From positions 529,285 through 593,284 of the forward strand of contig PBWH01000005.1 in the NCBI GenBank assembly GCA_002727195.1: 64,000 nucleotides of DNA. The letters run 5' to 3'. This document shows, piece by piece, positions 37,772-45,696 of this stretch (position 1 is its first letter; the number at the start of each line of letters is the position of its first letter). The stretch is from Gemmatimonadota bacterium (GTDB lineage Bacteria > Latescibacterota > UBA2968). A program made the translations under genes and the position numbers. Below the pieces are notes generated by a model. That model saw only the letters and a list, made by a program, of their open reading frames with translations. It had not been told where the DNA came from and made no database searches.

Positions 37772-38177
37772 CGATCCACGCCTCTCCGTCCGTCCAGACC
37801 TCCTTCTTCCAGATCGGGACAGTCTCCTTGAGACGGTCGATTGCAAAGTGACAGGCCTCGAGTGCGGCCTTTCTGTGTGGTGACGAAACAGCAATCAAAA
37901 CGCTGATATCCCCGATCTCCATCCGACCCTTGCCGTGGAGAATGCCAACCGCATCGACCTCCCACCGAGCCTTGACCTCTTCGCCGATTGCCCGCATCTC
38001 TTTCTCGGCCATCTCGGCATAAACGTCGTACTCGAGATACCGGGTCGCCCGCCCCTTCGTGTTGTCCCGCACGACCCCCGCAAACGAAGCAACCGCCCCA
38101 TCCGAATCCGCCAACACCACATCATGCAGATCCGCTGCCCCGATCAGCTCATCCACAATCTTGAACAGATCAGCCAT
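37728..38177 (-). CDS. moaE: Molybdopterin synthase catalytic subunit
   Basis: MoaE motifs: GAVASFAGVVRD, the SVLIAVSSPHRKAALEAC context, and PIWKKE. Confidence 0.85.
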   Translation of the reverse strand: MADLFKIVDELIGAADLHDVVLADSDGAVASFAGVVRDNTKGRATRYLEYDVYAEMAEKEMRAIGEEVKARWEVDAVGILHGKGRMEIGDISVLIAVSSPHRKAALEACHFAIDRLKETVPIWKKEVWTDGEAWIDGDPSSSPPEAVAE

Positions 38178-38196
38178 GTGGCCTCTGCCCGGGCTT

Positions 38197-38224
38197 CATT
38201 TTGCATTTTGCATTTTGCATTTTT
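38197..38224. repeat. Heptanucleotide microsatellite (CATTTTG x3 plus CATTTTT)
   Basis: Read directly as cattttg cattttg cattttg cattttt, in the 56-nt spacer between the moaD stop (38234) and the moaE start (38177). Confidence 0.9.
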
Positions 38225-38233
38225 ACTTGTTGC

Positions 38234-38479
38234 CTACCCACCACTCACCGGCGTAATCACCGCAACCTCATCCCCATCTTTGAGAAGTTGCTCCCGCTCA
38301 ACATACTCCTGGTTCACGGACAGCATGATGCTCCTGTCCAGCTTCTTCATGGGCGGGTATTTGGCGCTGAAGTGATCCATAAGGTCCTGAACCGTGCTCC
38401 CATCGGGCAGGTCCAGATCCACCTTCCTGCTCCCGACGATGTCGGAGCATTGCGCAAACAGCAGAACGCGTAATGTCAT
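38234..38479 (-). CDS. moaD: Molybdopterin synthase sulfur-carrier subunit
   Basis: 81 aa with a ubiquitin-like fold signature and a C-terminal GG (VITPVSGG). ATGA overlap with the upstream PHP gene. Confidence 0.8.
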   Translation of the reverse strand: MTLRVLLFAQCSDIVGSRKVDLDLPDGSTVQDLMDHFSAKYPPMKKLDRSIMLSVNQEYVEREQLLKDGDEVAVITPVSGG

Positions 38480-39312
38480 TGAGATCCACTCGTTTGTGCA
38501 CGGCCCGCTTCCAGTGCCTCGAAGACTGAAAGGGGCACATCTACTTTCCCCATCACCGCATCACCCCGGCCATCCCCGTGACAGTCCGAACCGCCGCTTT
38601 TCAGGAGGCCGTGCTCATCAGCGAAGGCGGAATACCGTCGGACATCGTCGGGCTTATGCTTGATGTGCCAGACCTCTATCCCGTCCATCCCCTGCTCGAC
38701 CAGCGCGGGCAGGATGTCGTCCGATCGGTAGAGGACGGGATGGGCGATCACAGCAATGCCTCCGGCTGAGTGAATCACTTCCACCGCCTCGGGCGGTCCC
38801 ATCACATACTTCTCCTCGTAGGCCGTCTTCCCATACCCCAGATACTTGTTGAACGCCTCGTTCGGAGAGAAGCAGAAGCCTTCCTCTACGAGAACGTCTG
38901 CGACGTGCGGCCGTCCGATCGCGGCGCCGTCCGCCTTGGCCAGCACCTGCTCGAACGTGATGCGGATCCCGAGCCGGTTCAGTTTTCGGACGATTCGTTC
39001 TGCCCGATTCCGGCGCTCGTCCCGATACAGGGCCAGCGAGGTATTGAGTTGGTCGTTCTCGATATCCAGAAAGTAGCCCAGGATGTGGATGTCGTGATCC
39101 TTGAGCTTGATGCTCAGTTCTGACCCCGGCACCACCCGGACCCCGTACGCTTCACCGGCCGCCTGAGCCTCTGCCACACCACTGACTGAATCGTGGTCCG
39201 TCAGGCTGATGACGGACAGACCGCGCTCGGCTGCGCGCTCAGCGACTTCCGTCGGCGTGGAGGACCCGTCGGAACACGTCGAGTGCAGATGGAGATCGAC
39301 GCCGTCTTCCAC
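38476..39312 (-). CDS. PHP-domain phosphoesterase (TrpH/YciV-like)
   Basis: Motifs VDLHLHSTCSDG, LTDHD and AHP. GTG start that overlaps the def stop by 1 nt. Confidence 0.8.
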   Translation of the reverse strand: MEDGVDLHLHSTCSDGSSTPTEVAERAAERGLSVISLTDHDSVSGVAEAQAAGEAYGVRVVPGSELSIKLKDHDIHILGYFLDIENDQLNTSLALYRDERRNRAERIVRKLNRLGIRITFEQVLAKADGAAIGRPHVADVLVEEGFCFSPNEAFNKYLGYGKTAYEEKYVMGPPEAVEVIHSAGGIAVIAHPVLYRSDDILPALVEQGMDGIEVWHIKHKPDDVRRYSAFADEHGLLKSGGSDCHGDGRGDAVMGKVDVPLSVFEALEAGRAQTSGSQ

Positions 39313-39869
39313 TAGGACTCCAGGGCCTCTGCCGTGATCTCGACGGGCCCGGGCGATTGCTTCACACCCTCGCGACGCAGCTTACGCAACTGGTTGCGCA
39401 GCAGGTTCCGTCGGATCGTGCTGAAATGCTCGATCACCAGCACACCGTCTAGATGGTCGATCTCGTGCTGAGCGGCCCGTGCCGCGATCCCGTCGAACTC
39501 CATCGTTTGCAGGTCGCCGACCTTGTCGAGCGCTTCGATTCGCACCTGAGCGGCACGCTTCGCGTCGCCCGCGACACCGGGCAGGCTGAGACATCCTTCC
39601 TCCCCAACCACCTCACCGGCCGTCCACACGATTCGTGGGTTGATCAGCACCCGTGCCTCGAAACCGGGATCACTCGGGCTCACATCGAGAACGATCACAC
39701 GATGCAGCGCACCAACCTGTGGGGCGGCCAGACCAATCCCTTCAGCCGCATACATCGTTTCGAACATGTCATCCACGAGCTGTTTAATCTCGTACGACAC
39801 TTCCTCGACCGGATGGGCCGTCTGCTTGAGCGTGTCGCACCCCAGCTTCTTGATTTCGAGCAACGCCAT
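39312..39869 (-). CDS. def: Peptide deformylase
   Basis: The three def motifs are present: GIGLAAPQ, EGCLSLPG, QHEIDHLDG. Confidence 0.9.
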   Translation of the reverse strand: MALLEIKKLGCDTLKQTAHPVEEVSYEIKQLVDDMFETMYAAEGIGLAAPQVGALHRVIVLDVSPSDPGFEARVLINPRIVWTAGEVVGEEGCLSLPGVAGDAKRAAQVRIEALDKVGDLQTMEFDGIAARAAQHEIDHLDGVLVIEHFSTIRRNLLRNQLRKLRREGVKQSPGPVEITAEALES

Positions 39870-40735
39870 CAGGATGCCTGTATCGACAGAAGACCCTCGT
39901 TCAGGCTGCCCGTGCGATAGCCTTGGAGGTCGAGTGTCACGTAGCCGTATCCGATTGCTTTCAACTCGGCCGACACACGCGTGTATAGGTCGTTTTCGAA
40001 GAATCGCGGAATCTCTTCCGGTGCCACTTCGATCCGTGCGATGGTCTCGTGATGCCGGACGCGAACCTGCACAAACCCGACGGACTTCATGAACGCTTCC
40101 GCTCGGTCAATCATGCGCAGGGCTTCGACCGTAACCGGCGTCCCGTAGGGTATCCTCGACGACAGACACGCCGCCGCCGGGTCATCCCACGTCGACAGTC
40201 CCCATGCCTTGGAGACCGCACGCACGTCATCCTTGGTGAATGCGGCCTCGATCAGGGGAGCCAGAATCCCACGCGACTCTGCCGCCGACATCCCCGGACG
40301 GTAGTCGCCGACGTCATCAGCGATCGCCCCATACAAGAGATTGTCGTACTTGCCGCCGAAGTGGCGCACCACATCCTCGAGCTTGTCTGCAAGCGCGGAC
40401 TTGCAGTGATAGCATCGGTCCGGGTTGTTCTGTACGTAGTCCGGATTGCCGAGTTCCTCAGTGTAAACCGTCTCCAGCTGTATCCCGATCTCATCCGCCA
40501 CCGCCCTCGCCCGATCGATCTCGCCATCCGGGTAGCTTGCGGACACTGCGGTAACGGCGATCGCCTGATCGCCGAGCACGCGATGCGCGACTGCAGCGAG
40601 CAACGTGCTGTCCACCCCGCCGGAGAAAGCGACCACGGCATTCCCCAAGTCCCGGAGAATCGACTCCAGGTGCGCCAATTTCTGTTCGGGAAGGTCCAAG
40701 GAAAGGCCTAGGAAGATGGGGGCATCGGGCCACAC
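39869..40735 (-). CDS. PP-loop ATP pyrophosphatase, LarE-like (TIGR00268-type)
   Basis: PP-loop AFSGGVDSTLL and Cys-containing central motifs. Its stop overlaps the def ATG as TGATG. Confidence 0.75.
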   Translation of the reverse strand: MWPDAPIFLGLSLDLPEQKLAHLESILRDLGNAVVAFSGGVDSTLLAAVAHRVLGDQAIAVTAVSASYPDGEIDRARAVADEIGIQLETVYTEELGNPDYVQNNPDRCYHCKSALADKLEDVVRHFGGKYDNLLYGAIADDVGDYRPGMSAAESRGILAPLIEAAFTKDDVRAVSKAWGLSTWDDPAAACLSSRIPYGTPVTVEALRMIDRAEAFMKSVGFVQVRVRHHETIARIEVAPEEIPRFFENDLYTRVSAELKAIGYGYVTLDLQGYRTGSLNEGLLSIQAS

Positions 40736-42156
40736 GGAAGGACGACAGCGTCGACCATCCCGTGGAGCAGCTTCTTGTCAGGTGGACAAACCGTGGCTTG
40801 GATGCCAGACAGAACCGGCTCATCGCCCACTACGAAGTAATAAGGCTGCAGACGGACCCGACCACGGAAACGATTCATCGACGACGAAGCGAAGTCGTAA
40901 TGCTCGACGGGGAAAGTTGCGCCGTTGTGGAAGATCTGCAGGATGTGTGGGTTGGCATCAAAGCTCTGAAGAGCGTGGTCGATCGTCTCCTGCCAGTCGG
41001 TCTCGGACATATCATGACCGATCGCGACGCCACGACCGCCCCACGCCATCTCCGAGAAACCCGACGGCTTGATCACCATCTGTCGGTCCTTCTGTCCCAG
41101 TGAACCGAGCTCACGCCAGTCCTGGAAAGGTCGACCCTTGACCTCCAGCCCGTGGATCGTGGCGTGCGGGGGCAGGGGAGTGGGATCCATCACCCACGTC
41201 TTCGGGAACGTCCGCTCCAGGAACGCTACGGTGCCCGAGCCCAGCTGCTGAGACCAGAAATTCTGGAGAGCCGGATGCTGGAACAGGGCCATCAGCATCT
41301 TCTCTTCCATCACATTCTTCAGCGGCGGTGTGATCTTGACGGCGTTCTTCTTGGCCGCATACAGGATCAACTCCATCTTGGGGATGTTCTTCAGATCGAA
41401 AAGCTCGAAGAACCGGTAGATCAAGTCGATACGACGCGGCCCGGTTTCAGACGGCGCATACAGGCCGTCCTCCCGAAAGATGATGTCATCCGGACCCATC
41501 ACAACCGTTTCGAGACCGCGTTCGTTCAGGCGATCGGCGACCCATACCATTTCAGGGCGCCAACTGGCGGATTCCTCCGAAACGACGACGGCCACCACGG
41601 GTGCCGCGGTATCAGCAAAGGAGCGGAGCATCCGCTCGAAGCCGTCGATCATGCCGTCCGGACCGCCGGTGATCGGTTCGTCCAGCGACCCGTATCGCGC
41701 CCCCAGGCTGGCCGTAAACCCGATGCCGCCCGGAAGAGAGTCCAGCTCGGTCGCGATCATGCCTTCTTTAGTGGGAATCATGTCGGGACGGATCACGAGT
41801 GGAACGTGCTGCTTGATCCGGTTCATCCGTCCAAGCGCGACCACAGACTCGGGTTTCCCACTGTCCAGATATCCCGCGACCCAACCCGGCTGTATCCCGC
41901 GCCAGCTCTGGTTATACAGGAGATTTGCTGCCCTGTAGAAGGCGAGGAAGTGATGGCCGGCCTCCTCGATGTGCCGCAACACACGATCGGGGAGTCGCCA
42001 GGGGTCCGGACCGACCTGCCAGCTGCTGTTCGCTTCGGGATGGACGGGACGCTGGGCGTCCGTATACAGCCCGCCTTCAGGCGTCAGCCGGTCGACATAT
42101 AGACACCGCTCTTCCGGGCTCATGTCTTGCGGGATTTTATCGAGTGTGGCAGACAA
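40708..42156 (-). CDS. Hypothetical protein, possibly ATP-grasp-like ligase (glutathionylspermidine-synthase / circularly permuted ATP-grasp type)
   Basis: 482 aa. Segments such as LVIRPDMIPTKEGMIATELDSLPGG, MVIKPSGFSEMAWGGRGV and RLQPYYF recall ATP-grasp ligases. This is a weak, motif-level impression only. Confidence 0.35.
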   Translation of the reverse strand: MSATLDKIPQDMSPEERCLYVDRLTPEGGLYTDAQRPVHPEANSSWQVGPDPWRLPDRVLRHIEEAGHHFLAFYRAANLLYNQSWRGIQPGWVAGYLDSGKPESVVALGRMNRIKQHVPLVIRPDMIPTKEGMIATELDSLPGGIGFTASLGARYGSLDEPITGGPDGMIDGFERMLRSFADTAAPVVAVVVSEESASWRPEMVWVADRLNERGLETVVMGPDDIIFREDGLYAPSETGPRRIDLIYRFFELFDLKNIPKMELILYAAKKNAVKITPPLKNVMEEKMLMALFQHPALQNFWSQQLGSGTVAFLERTFPKTWVMDPTPLPPHATIHGLEVKGRPFQDWRELGSLGQKDRQMVIKPSGFSEMAWGGRGVAIGHDMSETDWQETIDHALQSFDANPHILQIFHNGATFPVEHYDFASSSMNRFRGRVRLQPYYFVVGDEPVLSGIQATVCPPDKKLLHGMVDAVVLPCGPMPPSS

Positions 42157-42191
42157 ACGACAACTACCTTAAAAACAGGTTCTTAGGATTT

Positions 42192-42234
42192 ACCTTAAAT
42201 AGAAAGAACAGGGATCAAATACTCTTCCCTGTTC
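42192..42234 (-). terminator. Putative intrinsic terminator after the P/A/E-rich protein gene
   Basis: Perfect 9-bp stem (gaacaggga 42206-42214 and tccctgttc 42226-42234) with an 11-nt loop. On the minus strand it is followed by tttctattt. Confidence 0.45.
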
Positions 42235-42313
42235 ATCATCCGACATCGTTTTCAGAATACCGATATCGGTCCATCTCCGCAAGGTTTCGGGATCGTGCCC
42301 GAAGGATGACTGG

Positions 42314-43153
42314 TCAGTTCTGCTTCGACCGAAGATCGATCAACTCACGATCTGCCTCGGACAACCCGCCACCAGCTCCTTCCTTGCTTTTTGGAGCCGT
42401 CACAGGCTCGGGAGCAGCCGCATCGGCAACACTCGCCGTTAGCTCTGGGGACGGGGCCACAGGTGGAGCTGCGTCCGCAGACGCCTGCTCTTTCGCCTTG
42501 TTCTCCAGATGTTGGCGGATCAACTGCACGCTGAAAGAGTCATCACCCGCTGCCTCGCTGTCGACTGCCGCCTCGAATGCCGCAGGAGCGGGTGATTGCT
42601 TGGCCGGAGCAGGCTCTGGCGTCGGCTGGACTCCCGGAGCACCAGACTCGCGTTCAGCCTTGGCAGCCAGATGCTGTCGGATAATATCAAGGTCGCTCGC
42701 GTCCGGCCCTGCTGAGGTTGGCTGCACGGGGTCTGCCGATGGCGCAGGCTCTAGCGATTTGGGAGCAGCGGACACTTCCTCAGGAGCAGAAACAGCTACC
42801 TGCGCGGCTTGTGGGGCCCCGTTTTCCAAGGATTCCGAAGATCGTTGAGGGTCCGCGGGAGCAGCCACACTGGATTCTGGAGCGGAGATTTCAGCGGCGG
42901 GAGGCGGTTCGGGAGCAGGTGTGGGCACTTCTGGGAATGACTCGCCTAACCCGGCGCCATCTGATTCATCCTCCAGGTTCAGGCGGGAAGCTACGGCTTG
43001 GTAGACCGCTTTGGCCGCCTCAACACGCGCTTCGAGCAGTTGGAGAGACTGTTTGATGTCCTCCACCTTGGAGGTCGCCTCATCCATTTCGCGTTTTGCG
43101 TATTCGAGAACCTGTTCATACAGGTTCCCTCGGCCATCGTCGGGCAACAGCAT
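42314..43153 (-). CDS. Coiled-coil plus Pro/Ala/Glu-rich low-complexity protein
   Basis: The start is taken at MLLPDDG. The N-terminal helix reads YEQVLEYAKREMDEATSKVEDIKQSLQLLEARVEAAKAVYQ, followed by a long acidic P/A/E/S-rich region. It carries an internal repeat (IIRQHLAAKAERES and LIRQHLENKAKEQ). It is divergent from the ParA-like gene. Confidence 0.5.
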   Translation of the reverse strand: MLLPDDGRGNLYEQVLEYAKREMDEATSKVEDIKQSLQLLEARVEAAKAVYQAVASRLNLEDESDGAGLGESFPEVPTPAPEPPPAAEISAPESSVAAPADPQRSSESLENGAPQAAQVAVSAPEEVSAAPKSLEPAPSADPVQPTSAGPDASDLDIIRQHLAAKAERESGAPGVQPTPEPAPAKQSPAPAAFEAAVDSEAAGDDSFSVQLIRQHLENKAKEQASADAAPPVAPSPELTASVADAAAPEPVTAPKSKEGAGGGLSEADRELIDLRSKQN

Positions 43154-43292
43154 GGTGTGTGTCCTCAATGGGGGAGGGGACATCGCCGTCGGCACTGTCC
43201 CTTGTTCCGAGCCCAAGAATAATAGGGGTCGACCCGGCCTGTGGCAAGACAAAATTCCCCTTTTTGCGGCCTGCCGCAGGCAGGTCAGGCGT

Positions 43293-43321
43293 TTGACAAA
43301 CTCAAGAAATTACATTAAGTT
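43293..43321 (+). promoter_or_regulatory. Putative sigma70-type promoter for the ParA/GT9 genes
   Basis: TTGACA (43293-43298), a 17-nt spacer, then TAAGTT (43316-43321), about 58 nt upstream of the ATG at 43380. It sits in a relatively AT-rich divergent intergenic region. Confidence 0.35.
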
Positions 43322-43379
43322 ATGGTCGCTTTTGGGTGCCCACACCTCATCCCTCTCAGAGCGGTAGACCATTCGCTAA

Positions 43380-44405
43380 ATGTTCGGACCCGATCCCAAA
43401 GATTCTGCTACGATTCTCCTCGATAACTTTAGCCTGGAGAAACGCACCTGGGCTGTTGCGGGAGGTAAAGGGGGAACCGGCAAGACTGTCCTGACATCCA
43501 ACCTCGGCGTCGGCCTGGCCATCCTCGGCTACAAGGTCATCCTGATCGATGCCGACCTGGGTGGCGCCGACCTGCATCTCTCCTTCGGGATGCCCGTCCC
43601 CAAGCGAAACCTCAACGACTTCCTGAGCGGCAGAGTCGAATCCCTGGAAGACGTGATCCTGCCGACCCCCAGCGCCAATCTCAGCATCATTTGCGGCGGA
43701 AGTGAGCTGATCGGGCTCGCCAACCTGCCCCACCAGCGAAAAGAAAAGCTCAAGCGCCACATCAACAACCTAGATGCCGACTTCATCCTCGTCGATCTCG
43801 GGGCCGGCACCGCTTACAATACTCTCGACTTCTTCGTCATCTCCAACGAGGGTGTGATCGTCTGCAACCCGGAGCCCCAGGCCAAGATCGACGCCTACGC
43901 CTTCGTCAAGAACGCGGTCTACAGGCGGCTGCTCCAGAATTTCGGACGCAACACCATCCTCAAGGACATCATCCTGAAGTTCGGCAACAGCGGACAGCGA
44001 GCGACAAAGATCCGCAACCTGATCGAGATGCTGGGCAACCACATGCCGGAATTCGGGGACAAAGCGCAGACGCTGGTCGATGACTTCCGGCCCAAGCTCA
44101 TCATGAACAAGGTCCGGAAGAAGACTCAGCTGGAGGACGCCGAGCGGTTCGTTTACCTGGTCCGGGAATACCTGAGCGTCGAAATGGAGTATCTGGGCCA
44201 CATCGAGCACGACGAACGGGTCGTGGATGCCTGCGAAAACATGCGGCCCTTCCTGCTCGAGCAGCCGAATTCCAAGGTCTCCCTCAGCATCTATAACATC
44301 CTGTTCAACATGGGGGTGACCGACCGCCAGCTCCGCTACGACCGAACGTCCTACAAGAAGATGTCGAAGGGCGTGCGACTCGAGTCCAAGCTCTGGAAAG
44401 ACTGA
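43380..44405 (+). CDS. ParA/MinD-family P-loop ATPase
   Basis: Deviant Walker A AVAGGKGGTGKT, then ILIDADLGGADL and Walker B FILVDLGAG. An ~80-aa C-terminal extension ends in a basic, amphipathic-looking tail (KKMSKGVRLESKLWKD). Confidence 0.8.
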   Translation: MFGPDPKDSATILLDNFSLEKRTWAVAGGKGGTGKTVLTSNLGVGLAILGYKVILIDADLGGADLHLSFGMPVPKRNLNDFLSGRVESLEDVILPTPSANLSIICGGSELIGLANLPHQRKEKLKRHINNLDADFILVDLGAGTAYNTLDFFVISNEGVIVCNPEPQAKIDAYAFVKNAVYRRLLQNFGRNTILKDIILKFGNSGQRATKIRNLIEMLGNHMPEFGDKAQTLVDDFRPKLIMNKVRKKTQLEDAERFVYLVREYLSVEMEYLGHIEHDERVVDACENMRPFLLEQPNSKVSLSIYNILFNMGVTDRQLRYDRTSYKKMSKGVRLESKLWKD

Positions 44406-44407
44406 AA

Positions 44408-45505
44408 ATGCAGTCAAGCATGACGAACTGGGTGCAGAAGTCCGTCCTCCATCCGCTTGCCCTCCAGATCGCCACACCTCGCAACATTGTTGATGATTCA
44501 CCCGCTTTTTCCGTGGCCGACGCACTGCAGGATCCTAAGCGTATCCTTCTGATCCCCGACAACCAGCCGGGCGGCATCTTCATCGGGGCCTCCAAGTTCT
44601 GGGCGATCCGGGAGCGGTACCCGAACGCATCGCTCGACCTCCTCGCCGACCGGAAAAAGGAATTCATCGCGCGCGAACTCCCGTTTATCGACGAGACGAT
44701 CCTCTACGAGAATTTCGTCCTGCCCTTTGGCCCGAAGAGGAAGGAAGTGGTCGACCGACTGAACGGCCGGGATTACGACCTGGCTTTCTGCTTCAGCAAC
44801 ATCGATGACTTCTGCCCGGCCTACTATTGTTACAAAAGCGGCGCGCGCGTCCGGATCGGCTTCCAATCCGGCGAGAACGCGTTCTTCAACATCCGGATCG
44901 TACCCAAGACAGAGGCTACTTACGAGCCCAATCGACTTTCCCTGCTGCTGGACATACTCGGAATCCCGGAGTCCACAGAGGGCGTGTCGTGGTCCGTCTC
45001 GGAGAAGGGTGCACGTCGGATTCGGGAGCGATACCTCGTCGGCAGCAAATCGGGGGAACGGCTTGTCGGTCTGGATGTCAGCACTGCCCTTGGGGAAACG
45101 CCGTCTACGAAGCAATTCCTCTCGATCGCCAAATCCGCCACACAGACACCCAACACAAGGGTTCTAATCTTCTTCAATTGCGAGGAACGCAAAGCGGCGA
45201 ACCAGATCAAGGAGGCTCTCGGCCCCAGGGCCCTTATGTTCCAGAACGAAGATTTGCCCCGGCTTGTCGTGCTCCTCGAATCCTGCGAACGCATCATTGC
45301 TGGTAAAACGGACATCTTCCACCTGGCCGTATCAATGGGGCGGCCCGTCACGGGACTCCTCACCCAGGATCAGGTGCCTCAGTGGGCGCCGCCTGAACGC
45401 CCGGGCGTTCAGATCGTCGATATAGACGCGCTGAAATCGGTCGGACCGGGTGAAATCGCCCAGCGGATTGGGTCCGAGACCATCGACGAACCCGACAGTA
45501 ACTAA
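44408..45505 (+). CDS. Glycosyltransferase family 9 (heptosyltransferase-like)
   Basis: The GT9 pattern is present: KRILLIP...G, YPNASLDLLA, FIDE, YDLAFCF, ARVRIGF, and the C-terminal GKTDIFHLAVSMGRPVTGL. It starts 2 nt after the ParA-like stop. Confidence 0.7.
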   Translation: MQSSMTNWVQKSVLHPLALQIATPRNIVDDSPAFSVADALQDPKRILLIPDNQPGGIFIGASKFWAIRERYPNASLDLLADRKKEFIARELPFIDETILYENFVLPFGPKRKEVVDRLNGRDYDLAFCFSNIDDFCPAYYCYKSGARVRIGFQSGENAFFNIRIVPKTEATYEPNRLSLLLDILGIPESTEGVSWSVSEKGARRIRERYLVGSKSGERLVGLDVSTALGETPSTKQFLSIAKSATQTPNTRVLIFFNCEERKAANQIKEALGPRALMFQNEDLPRLVVLLESCERIIAGKTDIFHLAVSMGRPVTGLLTQDQVPQWAPPERPGVQIVDIDALKSVGPGEIAQRIGSETIDEPDSN

Positions 45506-45696
45506 ATGGCTGTGTGATATCACGCACAGATATTTGGCAGGTGTTTCGCGTAGCATGTATCGTGCGTGCTTCCTGGTGTTGCAGGGAGCGTCTTTTTTCT
45601 AGTCTAGGCTGTTCTTTTGTCCTTATTTACGCGTCTCGTTCACAAGATAGCCAGGGTCGGCTTAGACCGACCTTCACACAGTTTCGGAGGATCGCT

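Noticed and set aside
45514-45696. The GTG-start N-terminal extension of the giant ORF given in the track, and similar extensions at 51899, 4456, 1916..3325, 22103..23110 and 42314..43252.
   Set aside because: In each case an internal ATG yields a proper signal peptide or conserved N-terminus, often with a GGAGG-like RBS. The extension is Arg-rich or non-hydrophobic and overlaps intergenic signals (promoter or terminator).
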